Shown here one piece after another: positions 12,233 to 25,064 of a DNA stretch of 64,000 bases. Below the pieces are notes generated by a model. It was not told the DNA's origin, searched no databases, and worked only from the letters and a program-made list of their open reading frames with translations. This DNA comes from Eledone cirrhosa (Eukaryota). A program made the translations under genes and the position numbers. Where the stretch lies: the NCBI GenBank assembly GCA_964016885.1, contig OZ024756.1, forward strand, positions 43,648,001 through 43,712,000, in the 5' to 3' direction. Every line of letters begins with the position of its first letter. Position 1 is the first letter of the stretch.

Positions 12233-15200
12233 CATCATCATCATCATTTTTTGTCCGCTTTTCCCTGCTTGCAAGGGTGGGACGGGTCCTATTCAGCACA
12301 ACATCACTCCACCCATCACGGTCCTTCTTCATTTCCTCCGTGAGTTTCAGCGATCTGAGGTCTGCTCTCACCACCTCCGCCCATGTTTTTCGTGGTCTAC
12401 CTCTACTGCGTCTTCCCTCCACTGGGACTTCCTGGCACTTCTTCACCCATTCGTCATCCTCCATATGCATCACATGTCCATACCATCTCAGTCTTCTCTC
12501 CTGCGCACCACAACTTATCCCTCTTATACCCAGTTTCTTTCTCAACTCGTCTATGCTTGGTCGTTCACACACATTGTCACTGCACATCCAACGGAGCATG
12601 CTTGCTTCATTTCTCTCCAGCCGTCGCATATCTTCTGCAGTTGCTGCCCATGTCTCACTACCATGCAGCATCACACATCTCACACAGGCATCATATAACC
12701 GTCCTTTCGTACGCAGGGAGAAACTCTTCTTTGTCAACAGAGGAAGCAGCTCCCTAAACTTCTTCCAACCCGTCCTTATTCTAGATGCTATGGCCTCGCA
12801 ACATCCTCCTCCCATGCTAATCTGATCACCTAGGTACCGGAAGCTTTCAACCACTTCTATAGAACCCACCTGCATTGGAAAAATGAGTCTATCACATCGA
12901 TTACCAACTTTCCCTGTACATCTACTGCATACGTAGTTTTCCCTACCTGTTAGTTTGCCTGCTATCCCACTACATCTCTTGTGTACCCAAGATCTGCATT
13001 GCGTACATTTTATGGAATTTATGCCAGTTCCTTTCCTACATATCAAACATGGCCATTTCCCTGATGGAATTAGAGTATTGTCCTCTCTTCTACTTATCAA
13101 CGCCTTTGTTTTAGCTATGTTTACTCTCAGGCCTCGTGATTCCAACTGCGGTTTCCATAGCCAGAATTTATCCTCTAGCTCCTTTACTGATTCTGCTATA
13201 AGAACCAGATCATCAACATAAAGAAGTTCCCATGGGCATCCAGTCTTAAACTCCCCCGTTATGACTTGGAGGACTATAAAGAACAAGAGTGGGCTGAGGA
13301 CAGAACCTTGATGTACACCTACTTGTATCTGGAATTCCTCACTAAACTCCATTCCTATTCTCACTTTACTGACAGCACCCCTGTACATAGCTTGCACTGT
13401 CCTCACAAGCCATTCCTCTACCCCTAGTTTCCTTAGGGACCATCAGATGACCGATCGGGGTACCCTATCAAAGGCCTTCTCTAGGTCAACAAAAGCTAAG
13501 TATAGTGGCTTATTCTTCTCTAAGAACCTCTCTTGTAGTTGCCTCACTATGAAGAGAGCATCTGCTGTACTTTTCTGAGGCACAAAACCAAACTGCCTCT
13601 CATCTAAATTGACCCTTTCTCTAATCAGTTGCGCTAATATTCTCTCTGCCACTTTCATAACCTGATCCATCAGCTTTATGCCCCTATAATTGCTCCTCTC
13701 TAGAGCATCCCCTTTACCTTTGTAACAATTTATGAGAATACTGCTGCACCAGTCTTTGGGTATGACACCACCATATATAGCTTGATTACTGATGCGTGCA
13801 ACTAGTTTAGTGCCTACTTCTCCTGAAGCCTTCAGCATCTCAGCAACTACCCCCGACGGCCCAGCAGCCTTACCATTCTTCATTTCCTTAATTGCCTCTT
13901 GTACCCTATATTCGTTAATCTCAATAGCTGGTCCCTCTGTCGGGTCTACTGGGGGTAATTCCTCTCTGTCCCATTCGTTCTCTACATTCATCAGTCTCTC
14001 ATAATGACATTTCCAGGCCTCCTTCTTTTGATCATTTGTGACACTAAGTACACCGGCATCATTCCGGACACATTTATCTCCAACAACATCCTGATTTGCA
14101 TTGACACACTGCTTTGCAATGCGGAACATCATACGTCTCAGATCTTCCTGTTGCAGGACATTGGCAAACCTCCTACTCTCAGCCTCCCTGCGTGCTAAGT
14201 ACACCTGACATCTAGCTTCCCTCTTAGCGGCTGTGTATCCGTCTCTACTCCCACCATTTTTCCAAGCTTGCCATGCCAGTCTTTTGTCTCTAATGACCCT
14301 ATCTACCGTGCTGTTCCACCACCAGGTCACTCTCTGTCTGGTGGAAGCTCTGCCCCAACCACAAGCTTCTTCAGTAGCCTGCAGTAAGTTGTCACGCAAG
14401 TAATTCCAGTTATCATCTATGTCATACAACTCTAAATCATCTTTTTCGTCATACGCATCTTGAAGGGCTTTGCTAAATTTATATTTTAATGAAAGGTCTT
14501 TTAGCTTCCAGACCTTTCTTTTCCACACCTGTCTCATTCTTTCTCTTGCTTACTGAGATGTCACTAATGACTAACCTATACTTAGGGGTAAATTCTTTCC
14601 CAGGGTAAGCCTTAGTATTTGACACCCCCCGTCTGTCTCGCTGTCTAACTAGCAGGAAGTCAATCTGGCCTATGTGCTCGCCTGATTTGTAGGTTATTAG
14701 GTGGTTGGTAGGCTTCTGGAAGTTAGTGTTTCAAATGGTTAGTGCATTTGCATCACAAAATTCAAGAAGTCTCACTCCTTCTTCATTTCTTGAGCCGTAA
14801 CTGTGCCCACCATGTACCCCAGTGTATCCATCCTGGAGCTGTCCAACATGTCCATTGAAGTCCCCTGCTAGCTTAACGATGTCTCTGTCCTCTGTCATTG
14901 AGGCTGTCTGTAAAGGTTGCTCGTAAAAGCCGTCTTTCTCTTCTTTACCTAGGCCCTCCTGGGGAGCATAGGCAGAGATGATTGTCAGTAGTCTCTTGCC
15001 TACAACTAACCTAAGCTTAATTATTCTATTACTAACTCTAACTACTTCTATTATCTTATTGATCCATCTCTCAGCCAGTAATATGCCCACCCCACCTAAC
15101 CCTTCATCATTACCCACCCACAAAAGCTTATAGCTAAGATGTTTTCCTGCGATTAGTCTTGCAGAGGCACCTATCCATCACACCTCTTGCACACAGCACA

Positions 15201-15960
15201 CATCCACATGCTTTCTCTCCAGCATCTCCACTATTTCACCAGATCTACCTGTTAGAGTGCCAACATTAAGTGTGGCAACTCTGAGATGCAACATCTTATT
15301 CTTGTTCCTGTTGTGCGATTGCTTGATGACGGTCGTGGGGTTCTCACACATGGCCACACTAGCCACCCCACTACCATGCGCAGCCTTAACATGGTTAGTG
15401 TTATTGCTGTTTACGCAGTTGTTTTTGTGCGATTGCTTGATGACGGTCGGGGGGTTCTCGCACATGGCCTCACCAGCCACCCCACTACCGTGCGCAACCG
15501 TAACATGGTTAGTGTTATTGCTGTTTACGCAGTTGTGGCAATTCTTATTTGTTGTACTCATAATTTTGGCTTTTTATTATACTGGTGGGATGCCCTTCCT
15601 AACACGAGCACCACTTTACAGCATGGACTGGGTGCTTTTATTCGTGCCACCAACACTAGAGAGGTTGTCTTACTGAACCAGGTGTCTTCTTTACCCTTCC
15701 ATTTTACAGCATGGACTAGGTTCTTTTATTCATGCCACCAGCACTAGAGAGGACGTCTTACTGAACTCAGGGGCCTTAACCACCCCTCCATTTTAAAGCA
15801 TGGACTGGGTGCTTTTATTCGTGCCAGCAGCACTAAGAAAGTTGTCTTACTGGACTTAGGGGTCTTCTCTACCCCGCACCAATTTATTCGGAGTGGTAGC
15901 TCTCCTAGACGAGTTGCCTGCATTGCGGGTTATGGAGCTTCCGTCCGCCCCCTTGTCTGT
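12233..15960 (-). mobile_element. Near full-length RTE LINE (subfamily B), ORF broken by a few stops and frameshifts
   Basis: ORF pieces 15178..15561 (RVATLNVGTL, CCVQEV), 14731..15123 (SAYAPQ, GDFNGHVG), 13443..14537 and 12216..13406 (RT, YVDDL, PHD). Has a (gat)n tail, tandem repeats in the 5' UTR and a 114-bp duplication at the ORF start. Confidence 0.93.
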
Positions 15961-16040
15961 TCTATGATATATTCACGAGGAAGTGGTTAGCATACAGCGT
16001 CGGACATGTATACAAATGTGGTGGAGGTGGGTGGGAAGTG

Positions 16041-16240
16041 NNNNNNNNNNNNNNNNNNNNNNNNNNNNNNNNNNNNNNNNNNNNNNNNNNNNNNNNNNNN
16101 NNNNNNNNNNNNNNNNNNNNNNNNNNNNNNNNNNNNNNNNNNNNNNNNNNNNNNNNNNNNNNNNNNNNNNNNNNNNNNNNNNNNNNNNNNNNNNNNNNNN
16201 NNNNNNNNNNNNNNNNNNNNNNNNNNNNNNNNNNNNNNNN
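16041..16240. other. Assembly gap (200 N)
   Basis: Run of N. The round length suggests a scaffolding join of unknown true size. Confidence 0.99.
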
Positions 16241-16333
16241 ATGGGGGCAGTCGGCGCTTATTTCTGCCCAACCTGTTGAGGACTATGGTAATAGTTATGG
16301 TGATGATGATGATGGCTCGTTCCACTTCAGGCG
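16241..16333 (+). CDS. IgSF gene copy B, exon 1 (signal-peptide exon; 5' end may lie in the N gap, internal ATG at 16285)
   Basis: Frame reads GGSRRLFLPNLLRTMVIVMVMMMMARSTSG (basic, hydrophobic, then small residues). It ends ggc g|gtaagt, a consensus phase-1 donor that joins in frame (GGG, Gly) to exon 29837. Confidence 0.65.
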
Positions 16334-16985
16334 GTAAGTTAAGACAAAAGACAATTTAATTTTCCCCATGTTGCTCTCTCTGTCTTTTACACACTCCACC
16401 TCTCTCTCTCTCTCTCTCTGTTATATACACTTTCCTCCTCTCTTACACGCAGGTAGTGGAGTAGCAGTAATCGGTAGAGTGACAGGTACCCTACTTCGCG
16501 ACATAGAGTTATAACCCTTTACATTCTCAGTTCAAATCCAGCCGTGGTTAGCTTTGCCTTTCCTCCTTACAGGGTCGATAAAATAAAGTATCAGTCACGC
16601 CCTGTGGTCGATTTAATTAAATTTTCCTCACCCCTAAAACTGCTGACTTTGTTCCTTAATCAGATACGATTATTACTCTGTTTCCCCCCTTTTATTTTCC
16701 TCTCTCCCTCTCTCTCCTCCTCATCTCTCCCTCCCCTCTCCTCCTCATCTCTCCCCCTCAATATATGCCCAGGTAAGACATTCGCCCTACCAGCCAAATA
16801 TACATGGTTCAGCTTTCATCAGTTACAGTTCCGTCCCTTGTTAGTCTTCTAACTTTGTATATTAATACCTGTTTGAGATCAATAGTAGTAATGCTATTGT
16901 GTCATTGAAAACTGTATTTTAAAATATTGATAAAATCAGTTAACTATTTCCTTTAACTAGAGTCGGGTTTCGTCATGTAAATAAT

Positions 16986-17172
16986 TTTTTCTATTTTAGG
17001 CACAAGGCCAGCAAAACCCAGTACATTACTGGTACTTTATTTTATCGACCCCGTAAGGATGAAAGGCAAAGTTAACCTCGGCCGGATTTGAACTCAGATC
17101 GTAAAGGGGCGTAACTATGCTGGAAAGCATGTCCGACCCTCTACCGATACTGCCAATTCACCACCCTTCACC
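16986..17172 (-). mobile_element. Meta-like SINE with a 19-bp target-site duplication
   Basis: TSD gtttcgtcatgtaaataat at 16967-16985 and 17173-17191. Confidence 0.88.
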
Positions 17173-17289
17173 GTTTCGTCATGTAAATAATATCTGAATT
17201 TAAGAATATAGTGTTTTATAAATGTCAGTCAGTTTGTATGTGTCTATGTGTATAAGGATTCGAGACAAGTCTTCAGTCTGAAGATAATG

Positions 17290-19262
17290 GCTACACCTCT
17301 TCTCTCTTCATTAAAAAAGTATTAGGAAGGTCTTCAGTACAGCATATGGCTACTCCTTTCAGTCCTGGCTTTTGAAGGTCAGTCTTCACTACTTCCTGCC
17401 ATGTTTCCTTAGATCTACCTCTTCCAAGAGATTCTCTGTTGTTACCTTCCATAGACATCACATGTTCATACCAATACAGTCTTCTCTTATACACTCTACA
17501 TCCAATTCATCTCATACCAAGTTTTTCTCTTAGCTCGTTCATGCTACTTCACACATGCACACTGACATTACACATCCATCGGTGCATACTTGTTTCGTTT
17601 AGTTTTAGCCTTTGTAGGCCTTCTGCAGTCAGGGTCCATGTTTCATTGCCATGTAGCATTGCAGTTCGCACGCAGGCATCATGCAGTCTACCCTTCATTC
17701 TGAGAGAGAAGCCCTTTGTTGTCAGCTTAGGTAGTTATTCTCTAAACTTCCAGCCTGTTCTTATCCAGGCCACCATTCTTTCAGAGCATCCTCACCTACT
17801 GCTGATTAGGTTATCTAGATAACAAAATCTGTCAACAACCTGAAAGCCGTGGCAATTGAGTGAATCTACTTCACGTGTTTTCTTAGTTATTACTCCTCCT
17901 ACACCTCTACTACATAAAATCTATCTTCTCTGTTAGACTACCTACAATCCCATTACTTTTCTTGTGTGTCCATAGGGAACACTATGTAACTTATCGAGTT
18001 TCTGTCCACCCTCTTTTTACACATTGAACAAGGCCAATTTCCTGATGGTAACAGCTTCTAGCCTTCCTTTCTACTTCAGACTTTGTTTTTGCTAAATTTA
18101 CTTTTAGGCCTTTCAATTCTAGGTTTTTCTTCCATGCTTTGAATTTTGTCAATAACTCTCCCGTAGATTCAGATATAAGGACTAGATCATCAACATACAG
18201 GAGTTCCCATGGAATGCCAGTCTTAAACTCTCCAGATAAGGACTGAAGGAGAATGATAAACAGGACTGGACTGATGACTAAACCTTGGGGGATTTCTACA
18301 AGCACTTCTAATTCATCACTGTACTCATTGTCAACTGCTACCTTGTTGTTTTCACCTCTGTATATGGCCTGCATAGTCGTCAGTAACCATTCATCTATGC
18401 CTAGCTTCCTTTGTGCCCAGCAGACGACACAATAGTGAACTTGATGGCGCTCTCCAGATCTACTAAGTCCAATTACATACGCTTACTCTTGGCTAAGTAA
18501 TTCTGCTGTTAACTTAGAAAAACGAGGGCGTCAGTGTTGCTCCTACTTGACATAAAACCAAACTGCATCTCATCTAACTTGGACCTTCATCACCTGCTCT
18601 AACTAAGTAATGCGTCTATAGTTACCTTACTCTAGAGTGCCACCTTTGAAGCAGTTTACGATGATACTGCTACATCAGTCATTAGGTATGACGGCATACG
18701 TCAAGACGGGCGGTCAGGAAAGTGAAAGTAATTTTTGACACTGAATTTTTTTTTTTTTTTTTTTTTTTTTACAACAGGTCTCAATAGTGAAAGTTACGAT
18801 ACACACGCAATTGTATGGATTTCTTAATATATATATATGTGTGGGTGTGTATATGTGTGTATATATATGTGTGTTTGTATATATATATGTGTTTGCGTCA
18901 TCATCATCGTTTAACGTCTATCTTCCACGCAAGCATGGGTTTAGACGTATATATATGTTTGTGTGTATATATGTGTTTGTACATCTCGCCAAACTTGTTT
19001 GCATCAAATCTCTGTCCCCAAAGAAATTAAGGTCGGGTCATAAGAAGGACAGAATAAGGGATTTGGGTCAGAAACCCATGCTTGCGTGAAAGATAGACGT
19101 TAAACGATGATGACACAAACACATATATATATATATATATATACAAACACATATATATATATACATACAGACACACATATATATACACACCCACACACAT
19201 ATATATATATTAAGAAATCCATACAATTGCGTGTGTATCGTAACTTTCATTATTGAGACCTG

Positions 19263-19293
<31 letters not shown>

Positions 19294-20280
19294 TTCAGAG
19301 TCAAAAATTACTTTCACTTTCCTGACCGCCCGTCTTGACGTATGCCAGGTATGACACCATCTTGTATTACTTGATTAATTATGCACCTGACTAACTCATA
19401 CCCTACAATGTCTGATGTTTTCAGCATCTTAGCAACAATGCCTGATGGACTGGCTGTCTTCCCTACCTTCATATCTTTAATTACTCTGTTTACTTTTACG
19501 CCTAATCCCTCAGGTCTACATGAGTGAGGTCCTTACTCACCTAATTTTCTTCGTTTGTCATTCTCTTGTAATAGGACTTTCATACCTCATTCTTTCTGGC
19601 ACCAGTTAGAGCAAATGCTCCACTATTGTTTTGGACACTTTTCTCCAACTATGTCACTGCTTTTCCTGGCTCATTGTCTCGCAATTTGGCCCACTTTACA
19701 CCTCAGATCCTCATGTCGTAGAACATGTACAACCTTCTTTTCTGCCTTTCCTCATGCTAAGAATACCTGGTACCTAGCTTCTCTTTTAGCTATTCGGCAT
19801 TACTCTCTGTTTCCTCCAGTCTTTCCAATCCTGTCTCTTTACTTTTATGGCCCTCTCTACATTATCATTCCAACACAATGTCATGCTGTCTTGCTGGGGG
19901 CCTTGGACCAATTGCTCACCTAGTCCACAGCCTTCAAAAGATTGTCACACAGAAATCCACATTTTCTCTACTCTTGTAGGTGTCACGTTGGGTTTCCTTG
20001 AATCTGTTGCAACTTTAAGGTTCCTCCAATTTCCATGTCTTCTCTCCAGATTGATTTATGTCTGAGTTCATCAAAGCCTTAGTCTAAGGTCAGTGACAAC
20101 TAATTTGTGTTAGGAAGCCTTCACATTTATGACCATTCGTTGATCCAGTTTGCAGGTGAGGATATAGCCTATTTGGCCTCTCTCACTTCATGATTTACTG
20201 ATCAGATTACTGACTGGTTTCCGGAAGATTGTATTGCAGATAGTTAGGTCGAAGACATCACGTTTTTCCACTTCTCCTTC
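17290..20280 (-). mobile_element. Old decayed RTE LINE, interrupted by a foldback element
   Basis: ORF 17991..18374 with PWELLYVDDL; degenerate upstream RTE sequence. Confidence 0.82.
18693..19346. mobile_element. Mutator-like (MULE) non-autonomous foldback element with about 250-bp TIRs
   Basis: Ends ggcatacgtcaagacgggcggtcagg / cctgaccgcccgtcttgacgtatgcc; 9-bp TSD aggtatgac at 18684-18692 and 19347-19355. Confidence 0.88.
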
Positions 20281-20326
20281 TCTAAACACTATGTTTGGTA
20301 GCTGTTAACCTTCATATATATATATA

Positions 20327-20996
20327 TCATCATCATCATCATCATCATCGTTTAACGTCCATCTTCCACGCTTGCATGGGTTTGGGCGGGAATTTTCCCA
20401 CTTGAAGCAAGATTGGTTGTCTTGCTCGTATAGGACTGTCTGGCGGGTTTTCTACGGCTGGATGCCCTTCCTAACACCAACCACGTTTACAGTATGGACT
20501 GGGAGGTTTTTACCGTGTTACCTACATGGCTACATTACAGCGTGGACTGTTTTTTTGTTGTGACACCTACACGACCTCATTTGTTTCGGACTGGATGTTG
20601 TGGTACCAACATAACTTTACATTGAAAGGGGTGGTGTGGATGAGGTGGGGGTTATACTTTGGGAGGGTCATGTTGCCAATAAAAATACATGCACCTGTTG
20701 GTTTTCTCTTCAATTTATTGGTTGGTTCGATAAGCAGAGGACTGTCAAAGTTCTTTTGTCAACCATTCTATGACCTCAGTGACTAAGTTTTTATTTTGTG
20801 TCTCTCCTTTGTTATGGCTTACACCATCTTGTTTTTGTGTAGGATAGAATGGAGAGACATAAGGATTTATATATATGTATGTATGATCGCTGAAGCTCAC
20901 GGTGGGGATGACGAAGCACCATGACAAGTGGAGAGATGCTGTGCTGAATAGGACCCGTCCCACCCTTGCAAGCAGAGAAAAGCGGAGGTAAAATGA

Positions 20997-21039
<43 letters not shown>

Positions 21040-22160
21040 ATATATATATATATATGTGTGTGTGTATATATGTGTATATATATATATATGAAAAAAAACA
21101 GTCCATGCTGTAATGTAGTCGTGTAGGTAACATGGTAAAAAGCTCCCAGTCCACACTAAGTGTGGTTGGTGTTAGGAAGGGCATCCAACCGTAGAAAACC
21201 TACCAGATAGTCCTATATGAGCGAGACATGGTCACCCGACCAATCTTACTTGAAATGGGACAATTCCCATCTAACCCATGCTAGCGTGGAAGATAGATGT
21301 TAAACGATGATGATGATGTATGTGTATATGTATTTTTTTTTTTTATCATTTTACGTCCGCTTTTCCCAGCTTGCAAGGGTGGGACGGGAACTGATTCTGG
21401 CTTGATTTCTACAGCTGGATGCATTTCCTAACACCAACCTCATTTACAGTGAGTACTGGGTGCTTTTTTGCCGTGGCACCTCCACGACCACTTTGCAATG
21501 GAATGATAGGGACCCCAGTCCCTATCATCTCATTTCTACTGCTGAGTAAACTGGAGCAATGTGAAATAGTGTCTTGCTCAAGGGAACAACACATCACCCG
21601 GTCTGGTGTGTATATATATATGTATATATATATATATAAATATGTATATATATATATATAAATATGTATATGTATGTGTATATATATATGTGTATATATA
21701 TGTATGTGTGTATATATATATATAACGAAGGAAATGTGGTAATGAACCAGGTAGACCATAACGCACCAAAGTACTCAATACTTAGGGCAGTAGAGTGGGT
21801 AATAGGAATGAGTAGGACCCCGACGGCTGAGTTCAAGCCGTTTCGACGGCTAATTCTGGACTAAATAAAAAATGTATCATCATCATCATCATCATCATCA
21901 ACGTTTAACATCCGTGTTCCACGCTTGCATGGGTTTGGACGGGGGTAGTCCCACTTGAGACAAGAGTGATTGTCTTGCTCGCATAGGACTGTCTGGCAGG
22001 TTTTCTACAGTTGGATGCCCTTCCTAACACCAACCACATTTACAGTGTGGGTCATACATATATATATATATATATATATGTATGTGTATATATATATGTG
22101 TGTATATATTCATTCATTCATCATTTTACGTCCGCTTTTCCCTGCTTGCAAGGGTGGGAC
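20327..22160. mobile_element. Cluster of RTE 3'-end fragments and a truncated CORE-like SINE (21345-21605, -) among TA microsatellites
   Basis: Repeated ggatgcccttcctaacaccaac motif and (cat)n/(gat)n tails in both orientations. Confidence 0.8.
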
Positions 22161-22442
22161 AATATTGCATATATATATATATATGTATGTGTATATATTG
22201 TATGTGTATATATATATATGTATGTATGTGTATATATGTATATATGTATGTATGTGTTTATATGTATATGTATGTATGTGTTTATATGTATATATATGTA
22301 TGTATGTGTTTATATGTATATATATGTGTATATATGTATATATATGTATGTGTATATATGTATATATATGTATGTATATATATGTATGTGTATATGTATA
22401 TATATGTATGTATGTGTATATATGTATATATATGTATGTGTA

Positions 22443-22780
22443 TCATCATTTCATCATCATTTCATTTTACGTCTGCTTTTTCCCTGCTTGCAAGGGTGGG
22501 ATGGGAACTGATTCTAGCTTGATTTCTACAGCTGGATGCCCTTCCTAACACCAACCTCATTTACAGTGAGTGCTGGGTGCTTTTTTGTCGTGGCACCTCC
22601 ACGACCACTTTGTAGTGGAATGATAGGGACCCCAGTCCCTATCATCTCATTTCTACAGCTGAGTAAACTGGAGCAATGTGAAATAAAGTGTATTGCTCAA
22701 GGAAACAACACATCACCCGGTCTGAGAATTGAACTCACAACCTTTCGGTTGCAAGGCCAATGCTCTAACCACTAAGCCAT
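22443..22780 (-). mobile_element. tRNA-headed CORE-like SINE with RTE-derived tail; further copies at 27991-28421(-) and 37061-37413(-)
   Basis: Matches the + copies at 46464 and 53519. Confidence 0.85.
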
Positions 22781-22981
22781 ATGTATATATATGTATGTAT
22801 GTGTATATATGTATATATATGTTTATATATGTATGTATATAAGCCAAATCAGTTCCTGTATAAGCAAGGCATGGTCAGCCGACCAGACACTGCCCACAAC
22901 AGGACAACCTGTCTAACCCATGCTAGCATGGAAGAACGCACGTAAAACGGTGATGATGATGTGTATATATGTATATATGGT

Positions 22982-23580
22982 CAGGTCACCAGTTGGTGCT
23001 ACTGCTAACATGTATCCCAGTACAACCTGTCTCATGGTCGGGTCGTTGGCGACTAAACTGGCAACCCCACCAAGGTTTCTTGGTGAGGAGGGTGACTTTG
23101 GACATCCTGCAGGACTAAAAACAAAACATGTCAAAGGGCAAAGGAGCTCTTAAAAGTCAATGGCCATCCAAAATCACCGGGAGAGATGAACACTTAGCCT
23201 TTGTCAAGGCAGAATTCTAGGAGAAGGAAAACTCTGATGTAACACCTGCAACCCTGATGGTATCCAATGATGTTGACTTGTTCTTCTTTTTGGTAAATAT
23301 CATCTTGGTTAAGAGAGTGGGACTGGCTTTGTGCAGTGCCTTTGCTCACTATAAAAGCTTCACAGCACAGGCATTGCTTTATATCTGGAGATCTCTCTGC
23401 ACATGTCGTCACATGGTACCAGCACTGTGTGTCAATAATTGTCACAAGTGTAGTCTTTGTACCAGAGTTTTCAAGTTGCTGGCTGGACTAAAAAGTCACA
23501 CACGTTCAGTGCATCGGTAGGGGTTCTCCTACATGGATGTAAAGTAATGGCCGTACTCGAAAACGAGTTGGCAGCCACCA
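22982..23580 (+). mobile_element. Putative internally deleted RTE-type element (5' leader fused to a C-terminal C2H2 finger)
   Basis: ORF end [25 protein letters not shown] (C-x2-C-x12-H-x4-H), flanked by TA microsatellites, no RT. Confidence 0.45.
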
Positions 23581-23762
23581 TATGTATGTGTACATATGTA
23601 TATATGTATGTATATATATGTATGTATGTGAATATATGTATGTATGTATGTGTATGTATGTATATATATGTATGTGAATATATGTATGTATGTGTATGTA
23701 TGTATATATGTGTATGTATGTATATATATATGTATGTATGCGTATATATGTATGTATGTGTA

Positions 23763-23807
<45 letters not shown>

Positions 23808-23816
23808 GTATATATG

Positions 23817-23848
<32 letters not shown>

Positions 23849-23877
23849 TGTGTATATATGTATATGTATATGTATAT

Positions 23878-25028
23878 GAAAGAAAACAAGGCGGCGGTCC
23901 CTTCTGGGAAATGGTCGTGCTCGGTGTGTAGGAAAGGCGTAGGTAGAAACTCCATTTTATGTCCTAAATGCAAAGTATGGGTGCATAAAAGATGTAGTGG
24001 GATCACAGGTAAGCTAACTAAGAACATAGATTTTACATGTGGCCGGTGTTCTGGTGCAATAAGTAGCAGCAAGTGCCCACAAAGTACTAGCTCTTTCAAT
24101 TGCGCAGAGGGTTCTATAGAAATAGTGGACAGCTTCCGTTACCTGGGCGATAAAATCAGCAGTGGGGGAGGGTGCTCTGAAAGTACTGTAGCTAGAGTCA
24201 GAACTGGTTGGAAAAAGTTCAGAGAGCTTATACCACTATTAGCTGCTAAAGGGTTCTCCCTAAAAATGAAAGGCAGGTTGTACGATGCCTGCATACGAAC
24301 AGCAATGTTGCATGGTAGTGAGACCTGGGCATTGTGTGCAGAGGATATACGCAGACTAGAGAGGAACGAAGCTTGCATGCTCCACTGGATGTGTAACAGT
24401 AATATACGTGAACGGCAAAGCATAAACGAACTAAGGAAAAAATTAGAGATAAGAGGGATCAGATGTTGTTTACTCGAGAGAAGGTTGCGTTGGTATGGAC
24501 ACGTGATGCGCATGAAAGTCGATAGCTGTATAACAAAGTGCAGGGCAATAAAGATAGACGGTAGCCACGGAATAGGCAGACCTAGAAAAACATGGGATGA
24601 GCTGATAAACTCCGACCTCACACACTTTGGCGGTACTCAGTAACAGAGAAGACCCGCCTTGCCAGTAGGCATCTCTAACAAAATACACCCCGTCCCGCCA
24701 CCACCCCCACCCCATCCACACCACCCCCGTTCTATGTAAAGTTATGTTGGTGCCGCGCCATCCAGGCCGAAACAAATGAGATCGTGTAGGTGTCACGACA
24801 AAAAAACACACAGTCCACGCTGTAATGTGGCCGTGTAGGCAACACGGTAAAAACCTCCCAGACCCACACTGTAAATGTGGTTGGTGTTAGGAAGGGCATC
24901 CAACTGTAGAAAACCTGCCAGACAGTCCTATGCGAGCAAGACAATCACTCTTGCCTCAAGTGGGACTACCCCCGTCCAAACCCATGCAAGCGTGGAACAC
25001 GGACGTTAAACGTTGATGATGATGATGA
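23878..25028 (+). mobile_element. 5'-truncated RTE LINE (subfamily A)
   Basis: PHD cluster, FRYLGD and HGSETW motifs, 3' UTR and (gat)n tail. Confidence 0.92.
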
Positions 25029-25064
25029 TATATATATATATATATGTATGTGTATATATGTATA

